From an uncultured Clostridia bacterium (GTDB taxonomy: Bacteria; Bacillota; Clostridia; Oscillospirales; CAG-272): 42,101 nt of DNA. The notes below the pieces were generated by a model that saw only the letters and a list, made by a program, of their open reading frames with translations, was not told the DNA's origin and did not search any database. The stretch is from NCBI GenBank assembly GCA_944389045.1, contig CALXKW010000002.1, positions 1 through 42,101 on the forward strand, in the 5' to 3' direction. Positions 1 through 9,243 of the stretch are shown in pieces; within the stretch, counting starts at the first letter, position 1; every line of letters starts with the position of its first letter. Both the position numbers and the translations under genes were made by a program.

Positions 1-1
1 A

Positions 2-295
2 TTTGCCGAGGCGCTTTCCAAAGTCACTTTCCGCAAAAGCAAAACGGTTCTTTATTCGAACACGACGGCAGAGCCTTATACCGACGATGCAGCAGAACTG
101 CTCTCAAAGCAGATTTGCAGTCCTGTTCGTTGGGAAGAAACGATTCGGAATATGATGGCAGGCGGGATTGATACGTTTATCGAGATTGGTCCCGGTAAAA
201 CACTTACGAATATGATTAGGAAGATCTGTGCAGAGGCGAGGGTATATTCTGTTTCCGATCTTCGGTCTGTTCTTTCGGAGGTGTCGGGATGTTAA
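2..295 (+). CDS. fabD: malonyl CoA-ACP transacylase, C-terminal part (5' end lies outside the window)
   Basis: Frame 2 is open from the window edge to TAA at 293-295. The translation ...SPVRWEETIRNMMAGGIDTFIEIGPGKTLTNMIRK resembles FabD C-termini. The stop overlaps the fabG start (ATGTTAA), and the gene sits immediately upstream of fabG-fabF. Confidence 0.8.
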   Translation, partial: FAEALSKVTFRKSKTVLYSNTTAEPYTDDAAELLSKQICSPVRWEETIRNMMAGGIDTFIEIGPGKTLTNMIRKICAEARVYSVSDLRSVLSEVSGC

Positions 296-1017
296 GCGGA
301 AAAGTAGCCGTTATCACCGGCGGTTCGCGCGGTATCGGCGCGGCAATTACTTACAAGCTCGCTTCTCTCGGCGCAGACGTTGCGATTCTCTATGCCGGTA
401 ACACAGAGTCGGCCAATACCGTTTGCCAAAGATGCCAAGCGGAGTTTGGCGTGCAAGCATGCTCCTATGCCTGCGACGTATCCGATTTTCATACCGTGAA
501 GGAGACCCTCTCAAAGATCAAAGCCGATTTCGGCGCGGTCCACATTCTTGTCAACAATGCGGGTGTGACGCGCGACGGACTTCTGGCGATGATGAAGGAA
601 GAGGATTACGATACGGTCCTTGATACGAATTTGAAGGGCGCTTTTAATATGATCCGCCATACAATGCCGCTTTTTCTGCGCGAAAGGGAAGGCTGTATTA
701 TCAATATCAGCTCCGTATCCGGTCTTATGGGAAACGCAGGGCAAAGCAATTATTCCGCCTCCAAGGCTGGGCTCATCGGGCTTACGAAATCGGTGGCCAA
801 GGAGTATGCCGCAAAGGGGATTCGCTGCAATGCCGTGGCTCCCGGATTTATCAGGACCGATATGACCGAAGCGCAGACAGACAATCCGCTTCTCGCAAGG
901 ATCCCTCTTGGAAGAATGGGCGAGGCAGATGAGGTCGCTGATGCGGTGGCATATTTGATTAACGCAAAATACGTAACAGGCGAGGTTCTTCGCATCGACG
1001 GCGGAATTGCCATGTAA
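289..1017 (+). CDS. fabG: 3-oxoacyl-ACP reductase (SDR family)
   Basis: 242 aa. Carries the TGGSRGIG cofactor motif, NNAG, and the catalytic YSASKAG (YxxxK). Sits within the fab cluster. Confidence 0.9.
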   Translation: MLSGKVAVITGGSRGIGAAITYKLASLGADVAILYAGNTESANTVCQRCQAEFGVQACSYACDVSDFHTVKETLSKIKADFGAVHILVNNAGVTRDGLLAMMKEEDYDTVLDTNLKGAFNMIRHTMPLFLREREGCIINISSVSGLMGNAGQSNYSASKAGLIGLTKSVAKEYAAKGIRCNAVAPGFIRTDMTEAQTDNPLLARIPLGRMGEADEVADAVAYLINAKYVTGEVLRIDGGIAM

Positions 1018-1027
1018 GGAGAAAGAG

Positions 1028-2275
1028 ATGAACGATAACAATAAACGTGTCGTAGTAACAGGAATTGGCGCGATCACTCCGCTTGGAAAGACCGTAAGGG
1101 AAACTTGGGAGGCTATGAAGGCAGGCCGGAACGGCATTGCGCCGATCACCTTATTTGATACGACGGATTATAAGGCCAGACTTGGCGCGGAGGTAAAGGA
1201 CTTTCGTGCGCTTGACTATATGGAGAAATCCGAAACACTCCGCACCGACCGTTATACACAATTCGCTCTGATAGCCGCACAGCAGGCGGTAGAGGAAAGC
1301 GGTATTGCGGGCAATATAGTTCCCGAGCGCTTCGGTGTTTATATGGGTGTAGGGATCGGCGGGATCGGTACGTTTGAGACCGAGCATGCGAAACTAATGG
1401 AAAAAGGCCCGCGCAGAGTTTCCTCTCTGTTTGTTCCGATGATGATCCCCAATATGGCGGCAGGCATGATCGCCATCAAATATGATTGCAGAGGCCCCGC
1501 TATGCCCGCTGTTACCGCCTGCGCGTCAGGCTCCAACGCCATCGGGGAAGCCATGCGTCTGATCCGCCACGGTTATGCCGATGCGGTCATAACAGGCGGC
1601 GCGGAAGCGGCGATCTGTCCTTCTGCCGTTGCCGGCTTTGTCAATATGCACGCGCTTTCCACCGCAGAGGATGCGAATGCGGCCTCCCTTCCGTTTGACA
1701 GCCGTCGTGCGGGATTTGTCATTGGCGAAGGAGCCGTTTCTCTTGTGCTTGAAGAATTTGAGCACGCAAAGGCGCGCGGAGCGAAGATCTACGGGGAGGT
1801 TTGCGGTTACGGCTCCACCTGCGATGCCTACCATATTACCGCTCCTCATCCCGAAGCAAGAGGCGGAGCGCAGGCCATGATGGAGGCTATGCGTGAAGCG
1901 GGATATACCGAAAACGATGCGGTATATGTAAATGCTCACGGCACGGGTACGCCTATGAACGATAAGCTTGAAACCATGGCGATCAAAAAGGCGCTCGGCG
2001 AAGAAGGGGCCAGGCGCGCGTATGTCAGCTCTACAAAGTCCATGACCGGACATATGCTCGGCGCGGCGGGGGCCATAGAAGCTCTTGCCTCTATTTTGGC
2101 ATTGAATGAGGGTGTGATTCCTCCCACGATCAATCTTGACGAACCGGATCCCGAATGCGATCTGAATTATGTTCCGAATAGGGCGATCAAACAGGACTTG
2201 GATTTGGCGCTCTCGAATTCTCTCGGATTTGGAGGACACAATGCGTGTCTTGCCTTCAGAAAGGTGAAAGCATGA
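1028..2275 (+). CDS. fabF: 3-oxoacyl-ACP synthase II
   Basis: ATG at 1028 preceded by AAGGAGA. The Cys-His-His triad is recognisable (ACASGSNAIGEA, NAHGTGTP, KSMTGHMLGAAG). The track start at 1007 lacks an RBS. Confidence 0.9.
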   Translation: MNDNNKRVVVTGIGAITPLGKTVRETWEAMKAGRNGIAPITLFDTTDYKARLGAEVKDFRALDYMEKSETLRTDRYTQFALIAAQQAVEESGIAGNIVPERFGVYMGVGIGGIGTFETEHAKLMEKGPRRVSSLFVPMMIPNMAAGMIAIKYDCRGPAMPAVTACASGSNAIGEAMRLIRHGYADAVITGGAEAAICPSAVAGFVNMHALSTAEDANAASLPFDSRRAGFVIGEGAVSLVLEEFEHAKARGAKIYGEVCGYGSTCDAYHITAPHPEARGGAQAMMEAMREAGYTENDAVYVNAHGTGTPMNDKLETMAIKKALGEEGARRAYVSSTKSMTGHMLGAAGAIEALASILALNEGVIPPTINLDEPDPECDLNYVPNRAIKQDLDLALSNSLGFGGHNACLAFRKVKA

Positions 2276-2721
2276 AAGAAGCAGATATTCGTAAATATGC
2301 GGCGCTGATGAAGGAGCTTGAGCTGACAGGGCTTGAGATCACCGAGGATAATAAGGTGGTTCGTCTCGAACGCACGCAGCCCGTTCCCCCTCATGAGGCG
2401 GTCGTGATACAGGCGCCTGCGGCAGCTTCTGTTGCGGCGGCTTCTGTTTCTCCCGCAGAACAGTCTGTCCATGATTGGGCGGATGTTATCGTTGTCAAAT
2501 CGCCGATCGTGGGTGTATTTTATGCCGCGCCTGCGGAAAACGCAGAACCCTTTGTGTCGATAGGCGACCGTGTGGAAAAAGGACAGACGCTTTGTATTCT
2601 CGAGGCTATGAAGCTGATGAATGAGATTACCGCAGAGGAGAGCGGAGTCATTGAAAAAATCTGTGTCACGAACGGTCAGGTCGTGGAGTTCGGAACAGAG
2701 CTGTTTCGCATCAGGAGGTAA
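2272..2721 (+). CDS. accB: biotin carboxyl carrier protein of acetyl-CoA carboxylase
   Basis: ATG at 2272 overlaps the fabF stop (ATGA). Pro/Ala-rich linker followed by the biotinyl-lysine motif EAMKLMNEI. Confidence 0.9.
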   Translation: MKEADIRKYAALMKELELTGLEITEDNKVVRLERTQPVPPHEAVVIQAPAAASVAAASVSPAEQSVHDWADVIVVKSPIVGVFYAAPAENAEPFVSIGDRVEKGQTLCILEAMKLMNEITAEESGVIEKICVTNGQVVEFGTELFRIRR

Positions 2722-2724
2722 GAT

Positions 2725-3141
2725 ATGACAAGAGAGGAAATCCAAAATATTTTACCTCACAGAGACCATATGCTGCTGCTTGATGATGTGGAGAATCAAG
2801 ACGGCACGGCGGTAGGGCATTATCAGGTCAAGGGAGATGAATTCTTCCTGCAAGGTCATTTTCCGAACAATCCCATCGTACCCGGTGTTATTTTGTGTGA
2901 GATCCTTGCGCAATCCGCCTGTGTTCTCATGGCAGACGCTATGACTGAAGGTAAATTGCCCGTATATACAGGTCTTAACAACGTTAAGTTCCGCAATCCC
3001 GTCCGTCCCGGCGATCGGATCGAAACCCGATGTTCGATCAGGCGGGCGAAGCCTCCCTTCTATTTTGCGGAAGGTACAGTAAACGTGGATGGCAAGGTCT
3101 GTGTCAGCGCAGAGTTTTCCTTTGCCATCGTCGGAGAATAA
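2725..3141 (+). CDS. fabZ: 3-hydroxyacyl-ACP dehydratase (hotdog fold)
   Basis: 138 aa. Contains LPHRDHMLLLD and GHFPNNPIVPGVILCEILAQ, typical of FabZ. Confidence 0.9.
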   Translation: MTREEIQNILPHRDHMLLLDDVENQDGTAVGHYQVKGDEFFLQGHFPNNPIVPGVILCEILAQSACVLMADAMTEGKLPVYTGLNNVKFRNPVRPGDRIETRCSIRRAKPPFYFAEGTVNVDGKVCVSAEFSFAIVGE

Positions 3142-3144
3142 ACT

Positions 3145-4452
3145 ATGTTTTCAAAAATATTAGTGGCCAATCGCGGTGAGATTGCCGTGAGAATTATAAG
3201 AGCCTGCAAGGAGATGGGAGTCGCGACCGTTGCCGTTTATTCGGAGGCGGACAAAAATGCGCTTCACGTAGCCCTTGCCGATGAAAGCTATTGTATCGGC
3301 AGAGCCGAGGCATCGGAAAGCTACCTGAATGAAAATCAGATCATCAGTACGGCTCTTCTGGCCGGTGCGCAGGCCATTCATCCCGGTTACGGCTTCCTGT
3401 CAGAGAACGCTCATTTTGCGCGGGTCTGCCGTAAGAACGGCATCGTGTTCATCGGCCCTGATCCCGAGAATATGGAACGGCTGAGCGACAAAGCCATATT
3501 GAAGGAATTGATGAGCGATGCGGGGCTCACCGTCATTCCCGGCACCAAAGCCGTTGCTTCGTTGGAGGAAGCAAAAAAAGCCGCCGACAGAATTGGGTAT
3601 CCCGTTATGCTCAAGGCATGCGCGGGCGGCGGCGGACGAGGGATCCGTCTGATCCGAAGCGAAGCCGAAATGGAGGATGCCTATATGCAGGCATCCGCGG
3701 AAGCTGCGAGCGCATTCGGCGATGGCTCTATGTATCTTGAAAAATACATTTTCCCCGCACGTCATATTGAATTGCAGATTCTTGCGGATGAAGCGGGAAA
3801 CGTGGTTTGCCTGGGAGAGCGTGATTGCTCCTTACAGCGAAGAAATCAAAAGCTGATCGAGGAAACGCCCTCTCCCGCAGTACAGGAGGAAGAGCGCGCA
3901 AAAATTATAAAAAGCGCGATTGCGGCAATTAAAAAGATCGGTTATGTAGGCGCCGGCACACTTGAATTTCTTTATGATCGATCGGGCAATTTCTGGTTTA
4001 TGGAAATGAACGTGCGGCTCCAGGTGGAGCATTGCGTGACCGAAATGCTGACGGGCTTCGATCTTGTCAAGTGGCAGATCCGTATTGCCGCAGGCATTCC
4101 GCTGAATTTTACGCAAAAGGACGTTCGCATGACAGGCTCGGCGATCGAATGCAGGGTCAATGCAGCGAGCTGCGGCACTTTGCGTATGCTTCATGTTCCC
4201 GGAGGTCCGTCGGTTCGGTTTGACACTTGCCTTGTGGAAGGTACGGTGGTAACGCCTTATTATGACTCCCTGCTCGGCAAGCTGATCGTATACGCGCAAA
4301 CGAGAGAGGAAACCTTGCGGAAGCTCCGCGCCGCGCTCTGTGAGCTTGTGATAGACGGCATCCCGACCAACGTGGAGGAGCAGCTGCGCATTGTTTCGGA
4401 TACACGATTTGTCTCGGGAGAATATGATCTGACTTTTATGGGGAGTAGGTGA
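3145..4452 (+). CDS. accC: acetyl-CoA carboxylase, biotin carboxylase subunit
   Basis: 435 aa. N-terminus KILVANRGEIAVRIIRA, ATP-grasp GGGGRGIR, and EMNVRLQVEH. Confidence 0.95.
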   Translation: MFSKILVANRGEIAVRIIRACKEMGVATVAVYSEADKNALHVALADESYCIGRAEASESYLNENQIISTALLAGAQAIHPGYGFLSENAHFARVCRKNGIVFIGPDPENMERLSDKAILKELMSDAGLTVIPGTKAVASLEEAKKAADRIGYPVMLKACAGGGGRGIRLIRSEAEMEDAYMQASAEAASAFGDGSMYLEKYIFPARHIELQILADEAGNVVCLGERDCSLQRRNQKLIEETPSPAVQEEERAKIIKSAIAAIKKIGYVGAGTLEFLYDRSGNFWFMEMNVRLQVEHCVTEMLTGFDLVKWQIRIAAGIPLNFTQKDVRMTGSAIECRVNAASCGTLRMLHVPGGPSVRFDTCLVEGTVVTPYYDSLLGKLIVYAQTREETLRKLRAALCELVIDGIPTNVEEQLRIVSDTRFVSGEYDLTFMGSR

Positions 4453-4456
4453 ATTT

Positions 4457-5308
4457 GTGGCATTACTTAATTTTTTGAAACCGAAAAACAAATTGGAGGA
4501 GGGCGGCCGTACCGAGGCACCCGTTCAAAACGATGCGGGCGAGCCCGAAAAAAATTGTCCGAATTGCCACAAGGATATTCCCTTGAGCCGGCTGTGGGCC
4601 AATCAGCTTGTCTGCCCTTGCGGCTACCACTTTCGTATGAAGGCGCGTCAGCGTATCAGTATGATTACAGACAAGAACAGCTTTTGCGAGCTGTTTGCCA
4701 ATATCCGGTCGGACAATCCGCTGAACTTTCCCGGATACAAGGATAAGCTTGAGATGTCTAAAACCGCAAGCGGGGAAGAAGAAGCCGTGGTCTGCGGTAC
4801 TGCTCTGATCGGCAGACAAAAATGCTGTATTTTTGCGATGGAATCCTATTTTATGATGGGAAGCATGGGCAGCGCCGTCGGAGAAAAGATCACCTCTTTG
4901 TTTGAGTATGCGATGAATCACCGATTGCCCGTTGTCGGCTTTACCGTTTCGGGCGGCGCGCGTATGCAGGAAGGACTTTTGTCGCTGATGCAAATGGCAA
5001 AGACGAGCGCCGCTGTGAAGAGACACAGCGACGTCGGACTTCTTTATATTGCGGTGCTGACCGATCCCACCACTGGCGGAGTGACCGCAAGCTTTGCGAT
5101 GGAAGCGGATATTATCTTGGCTGAACCCGGTGCTACGGTTGGCTTTGCGGGAAAGCGTGTCATCGAGCAGACCACAAAGCAGAGTCTGCCGAAGGTATTT
5201 CAATCCTCGGAATTTGTGCTTGAACATGGCTTTATTGATAAAATTGTACAGCGCAAGGATCAGAGAAAGACACTTGCGGAGCTGATAAAAATGCATCATG
5301 GAGAATAA
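4457..5308 (+). CDS. accD: acetyl-CoA carboxylase carboxyltransferase beta subunit
   Basis: GTG start. N-terminal Zn-ribbon (CPNCHK...CPCG). The carboxyltransferase core contains GSMGSAVGEK and GGARMQEG. Confidence 0.9.
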   Translation: MALLNFLKPKNKLEEGGRTEAPVQNDAGEPEKNCPNCHKDIPLSRLWANQLVCPCGYHFRMKARQRISMITDKNSFCELFANIRSDNPLNFPGYKDKLEMSKTASGEEEAVVCGTALIGRQKCCIFAMESYFMMGSMGSAVGEKITSLFEYAMNHRLPVVGFTVSGGARMQEGLLSLMQMAKTSAAVKRHSDVGLLYIAVLTDPTTGGVTASFAMEADIILAEPGATVGFAGKRVIEQTTKQSLPKVFQSSEFVLEHGFIDKIVQRKDQRKTLAELIKMHHGE

Positions 5309-5311
5309 GAG

Positions 5312-6094
5312 ATGAGTGGAACTCCTTATGATCGGGTAAAGCTTGCCCGCGACAACAAACGGCCGACAGGGCAGGATTATATCAAAAATATATTTAAGAA
5401 CATTATAGAGCTTCACGGCGACCGGAGATATTCGGACGATAAGGCGATTATTGGCGTTATTGCCCGTCTTGACGGCACACCGGTAACCGTTATCGCCATT
5501 GAAAAAGGACACACATACAAGGAGCGCGTAGAGCGTAACTTTGGCGCTCCTCATCCCGAAGGATATCGAAAGGCTCTTCGCTTAATGAAACAGGCGGAAA
5601 AGTTCGGCAGACCGATCATCTGCTTTGTGGATACCTCGGGAGCGTGCTGTGGAATCGGAGCGGAGGAACGCGGGCAAGGTCAGGCGATCGCCGAAAATTT
5701 AATGGAAATGAGCACTCTTTGTGTTCCTGTCATTTCTATTCTCATCGGAGAAGGCGGCAGCGGCGGCGCGCTTGCGCTTGCCGTTGCGGACCGAGTATGG
5801 ATGCTCCAAAATGCGGTATATTCTGTCATTTCTCCCGAAGGCTGTGCGAGCATCTTGTGGAAGGACTCTGCCAAAGCGGACGTTGCGGCGGAAAGCCTGA
5901 AGCTGACTGCAGAGGATGCCAAAAGCCTGGGTGTAATCGATCGTATTCTATCTGAAAGCGATATCGGCAGCAAGGAGTATTACGACCGTATCCGTACGCT
6001 TCTTACAGACGAAATCACAGAGCTCTCAAAGGATCCCGATCTGCTTCAGGCAAGATACGACCGTTTCCGAAAAATCGGTATGCGGAGTAATTGA
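5312..6094 (+). CDS. accA: acetyl-CoA carboxylase carboxyltransferase alpha subunit
   Basis: 260 aa. Contains FVDTSGA..G..AEERGQGQAIA and IGEGGSGGALA. Confidence 0.9.
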   Translation: MSGTPYDRVKLARDNKRPTGQDYIKNIFKNIIELHGDRRYSDDKAIIGVIARLDGTPVTVIAIEKGHTYKERVERNFGAPHPEGYRKALRLMKQAEKFGRPIICFVDTSGACCGIGAEERGQGQAIAENLMEMSTLCVPVISILIGEGGSGGALALAVADRVWMLQNAVYSVISPEGCASILWKDSAKADVAAESLKLTAEDAKSLGVIDRILSESDIGSKEYYDRIRTLLTDEITELSKDPDLLQARYDRFRKIGMRSN

Positions 6095-6112
6095 TTTAAA
6101 GGAAAAAGGTGT

Positions 6113-7759
6113 ATGAGTATATATAAAAAATACTGCCGTGAGCATTTTGACGAACAGGGAATTTTGACAAAGTTTGAATTTGCATATCCCGAAAACTTTA
6201 ATTTCGGGTATGATGTTGTCGACGAGCTCGCAGCCGAGTTCCCCGACAAAAAGGCTCTCGTTTGGTGTAATACCGCAAACGAGGAGCATGTCTTCACCTT
6301 TGCCGATATACAAAAAAACAGCAATCGGGTTGCCAACGTTCTAAAAAGTAAGGGCATCAAAAAGGGCGCCCGCGTGCTTGTCGTCCTGAAGCGGCACTAT
6401 GAGTATTGGTTTGTCGCTGTGGCATTACACAAGCTGGGCGCTGTGCTGATACCGGCAACGCATATGCTGACGGTAAAGGACTTTGAACACCGCATCTCTG
6501 CTTCTCGCGCAGATGCTATTATCTGCACGCCGCAGAACGACGTTCCCGAAAATATCAAAGCGGCACTAAAAAACATAAAAAAAGCCCCATTGCTTTGGTG
6601 TGTGCAATCGGACGGGATGGACGGCTTTGCCAATCTAACAAAGGAGATGCAGACTGCCGACGATATATTTGAACGTGTACCTACCTTGGCGACAGACCCG
6701 ATGCTGATGTATTTCACTTCGGGCACAACCGGAAATCCAAAGGGCGTTATCCATGACTTTACCTATCCGCTCGCTCACGTGATCACGGCGAAATATTGGC
6801 AACAGGCAGAGGACAATGGGCTGCATTTCACCGTTGCCGAAACGGGCTGGGCGAAAGCATCCTGGGGAAAGCTCTACGGTCAATGGCTTGTCGGAAGCGC
6901 AGTCATGGTATATGATTTTGATAATTTTGAGCCGAAGCAGCTGACGAATATCATCAACCGTTACGGCGTGACCTCCTTCTGCGCCCCGCCAACCGTTTAC
7001 CGCTATCTTGTACGCAAGGGCGTCCCCGAGATGCCGAAGCTTCGTCACGCATCGACTGCCGGCGAGAAATTGGCAACAGAGGTTTTCAAGCGATTTACGG
7101 AGCGAACGGGAATCCCGCTTTGCGAAGGCTACGGTCAGACCGAAACGACGCTTCTGATGGGAAATTTGAAAGGCCATACTCCCCAAGAGGGTTCTATGGG
7201 AACGATATCACCGATGTACCATATCGAGCTGCTCGACAAAAAAGGAAATCCCGTAACACAAGGAGAAATCGGGGAGGTGGTTATCGTTCCGCCTGAAAAC
7301 GGCAGACAGGTCGGCGTTTTTTGCGGATATCTCGATAACGAGAAACAATACAAGCATGTATGGCGCGGCGGCGTTTATCATACAGGGGATGCGGCTTGGC
7401 AGGATGAGAATGGGCTGTATTGGTTTCACGGCCGGTTTGACGATATTATCAAAACCGGTGGGTTCCGAGTCGGCCCCTATGAAATTGAAGATGTTCTGAT
7501 GGAGCATCCTGCGGTGGGCGAATGCAGTGTCATCGGCATTCCCGATAAGCTTCGCGGGCAGGCGATCAAGGCGGTTATTCTCCTTGGCAAAGGGTATTCT
7601 CCTACCAAAGAGCTTGAAAAAGAGATTAAAGATTTCTGCAATAGCAAGTTGGCAGAATACAAGTGGATCCGTTTCGTTGAATTCGTGAGTGAAATGCCGA
7701 AGACCATCAGCGAAAAGATCAGGAAAACAGAGCTGCGCAAGGCCTATTCGGGTCAGTAA
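6113..7759 (+). CDS. AMP-dependent acyl-CoA synthetase/ligase (medium-chain-like)
   Basis: 548 aa. Adenylate-forming motifs YFTSGTTGNPKG, GYGQTE, YHTGD and GRFDDIIKTGGFRVGPYEIE, plus the C-terminal lysine motif SEKIRK. Confidence 0.8.
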   Translation: MSIYKKYCREHFDEQGILTKFEFAYPENFNFGYDVVDELAAEFPDKKALVWCNTANEEHVFTFADIQKNSNRVANVLKSKGIKKGARVLVVLKRHYEYWFVAVALHKLGAVLIPATHMLTVKDFEHRISASRADAIICTPQNDVPENIKAALKNIKKAPLLWCVQSDGMDGFANLTKEMQTADDIFERVPTLATDPMLMYFTSGTTGNPKGVIHDFTYPLAHVITAKYWQQAEDNGLHFTVAETGWAKASWGKLYGQWLVGSAVMVYDFDNFEPKQLTNIINRYGVTSFCAPPTVYRYLVRKGVPEMPKLRHASTAGEKLATEVFKRFTERTGIPLCEGYGQTETTLLMGNLKGHTPQEGSMGTISPMYHIELLDKKGNPVTQGEIGEVVIVPPENGRQVGVFCGYLDNEKQYKHVWRGGVYHTGDAAWQDENGLYWFHGRFDDIIKTGGFRVGPYEIEDVLMEHPAVGECSVIGIPDKLRGQAIKAVILLGKGYSPTKELEKEIKDFCNSKLAEYKWIRFVEFVSEMPKTISEKIRKTELRKAYSGQ

Positions 7760-7769
7760 TGGAGTATAT

Positions 7770-8765
7770 ATGCGATTAATCCTTGATGTTATGGGCGGCG
7801 ACAAAGCACCTCTTGAGATACTCAAGGGCGTGCTTTTCGCTCTGCCGGAATGCGACGCCAAATTTACGCTTGTCGGGGACCCCGGCGAGATGAGTCGCAC
7901 TGCAAAAGAAATAGGCTTGAACTTGGAGCAATTTGAAGTGATAGGCGCTTCGTCCGTCATTACGATGGAGGATGATCCGATCCAGTCCTTTAAGCATAAG
8001 AAAGATTCTTCCATGATGGTTGGCCTGCAAAGGCTTGCAGACGGTCAAGGCGACGCCTTTGTCAGCGCAGGCAACACAGGAGCTTTGTTCACGGGCGCGA
8101 CCTTTATGGTAAAAAGAATGCCGGGAATCAAACGTGCGGCAATCGGTACGGTCATATCCGCCGAAAAGCCGTTTTTGCTGCTCGATGCCGGGGCGAATAT
8201 TTCGGTAACGCCCAAATATCTCGAACAGTTTGCCCTCATGGGGTCGGCGTATATGAAAACAATGTATCAGATCACAGAGCCTGCGGTCGGTTTATTGAAC
8301 AACGGCGCGGAGGATTGCAAGGGAACAGCGCTTCAAATAGAAACCAACACGCTTTTACAGGCGTGCACCGCCATTCGCTATGTGGGGAACGTGGAGGGAA
8401 ATGAAGCTATGTTCGGCGCCTGTGATGTGCTGGTAGCGGATGGATTTACAGGGAATATTTTTTTGAAAACGGCGGAAGGCTCCTTTCGGTTTTTGATGAA
8501 AACATTAAAGTGCGAGTATCGCAAAAATCCGATCAACAAATTCTCGGCGCTTCTGTTCCGTAAATCCCTCGAGGGGATGAAGCGTGCTTTTGACCCGTCC
8601 GAATACGGCGGCTCTCCCATTCTCGGTATCTCGAAGCCAGTCGTGAAAGCGCACGGCTCCTCGGATGCCAAGGCCATCAAAAATGCCATCCTTCAAGCTA
8701 TAAAATATGCTGAAAGCGGAGTGGCCGAAGAAATCGCAAGAGCAGCGCAGGGGGGCGAAAGATGA
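7770..8765 (+). CDS. plsX: phosphate acyltransferase
   Basis: ATG at 7770 with GGAG 6 nt upstream. N-terminus MRLILDVMGGDKAP is PlsX-like. The track ORF start at 7689 overlaps the previous gene and lacks an RBS. Confidence 0.9.
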   Translation: MRLILDVMGGDKAPLEILKGVLFALPECDAKFTLVGDPGEMSRTAKEIGLNLEQFEVIGASSVITMEDDPIQSFKHKKDSSMMVGLQRLADGQGDAFVSAGNTGALFTGATFMVKRMPGIKRAAIGTVISAEKPFLLLDAGANISVTPKYLEQFALMGSAYMKTMYQITEPAVGLLNNGAEDCKGTALQIETNTLLQACTAIRYVGNVEGNEAMFGACDVLVADGFTGNIFLKTAEGSFRFLMKTLKCEYRKNPINKFSALLFRKSLEGMKRAFDPSEYGGSPILGISKPVVKAHGSSDAKAIKNAILQAIKYAESGVAEEIARAAQGGER

Positions 8766-9118
8766 TAAAAGGCATCGGCTGCGATGTTACAAAGATCGAT
8801 CGCGTGGAAAGACTGATGTCTGACACGAGATTTATCCGAAAGGTCTTCACTCCTGCCGAGCAATCCTATGTAAGCGCGAAGTCCGTTCAGACCGCCGCAG
8901 GGCTGTGGGCGGCCAAAGAGGCGGTGAGCAAAGCTCTCGGTACGGGATTTGACGGTTTCTCTATGCGGGATATTGAAATTGGCCATGACCGAAGCAAGCC
9001 GTATGTCAAACTCCATAACGGGGCGCAAAAAAGCCTGGAACAGTTATGCGGAAAGCAGATATCGATCAGCATTTCCCATGAGGAGAATGTAGCAATAGCC
9101 TTTGCGGTCATCGAATAG
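8762..9118 (+). CDS. acpS: holo-ACP synthase (4'-phosphopantetheinyl transferase)
   Basis: 118 aa. Contains IKGIGCDVTKIDRVERL, WAAKEAVSKALG and ISISHEENVAIAFAV. The start overlaps the plsX stop. Confidence 0.85.
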   Translation: MIKGIGCDVTKIDRVERLMSDTRFIRKVFTPAEQSYVSAKSVQTAAGLWAAKEAVSKALGTGFDGFSMRDIEIGHDRSKPYVKLHNGAQKSLEQLCGKQISISISHEENVAIAFAVIE

Positions 9119-9143
9119 GATGCAGCTTTGACAGGTATTTTTG

Positions 9144-9172
9144 TTGACGATAATTGTTTTTTATGGTATAAT
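9144..9172 (+). promoter_or_regulatory. sigma-A type promoter (TTGACG-17 nt-TGgTATAAT) for the PAS regulator
   Basis: -35 TTGACG at 9144-9149, a 17-nt spacer, an extended -10 TG at 9164-9165 and TATAAT at 9167-9172. Lies about 70 nt upstream of the ATG at 9244. Confidence 0.6.
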
Positions 9173-9243
9173 ATACCCTAATCATTATGAGAAGAAGGAC
9201 GGCTGTCGGTTGGTAAACGCGAGCAGGTGCATAGGGAGGTACA

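Noticed and set aside
511-8014. Minus-strand ORFs inside the fab/acc block (e.g. 511-1149, 1526-2239, 2167-2745, 3832-4491, 4463-5554, 7208-8014).
   Set aside because: Every one overlaps a confidently identified plus-strand gene, and none has a motif or RBS.
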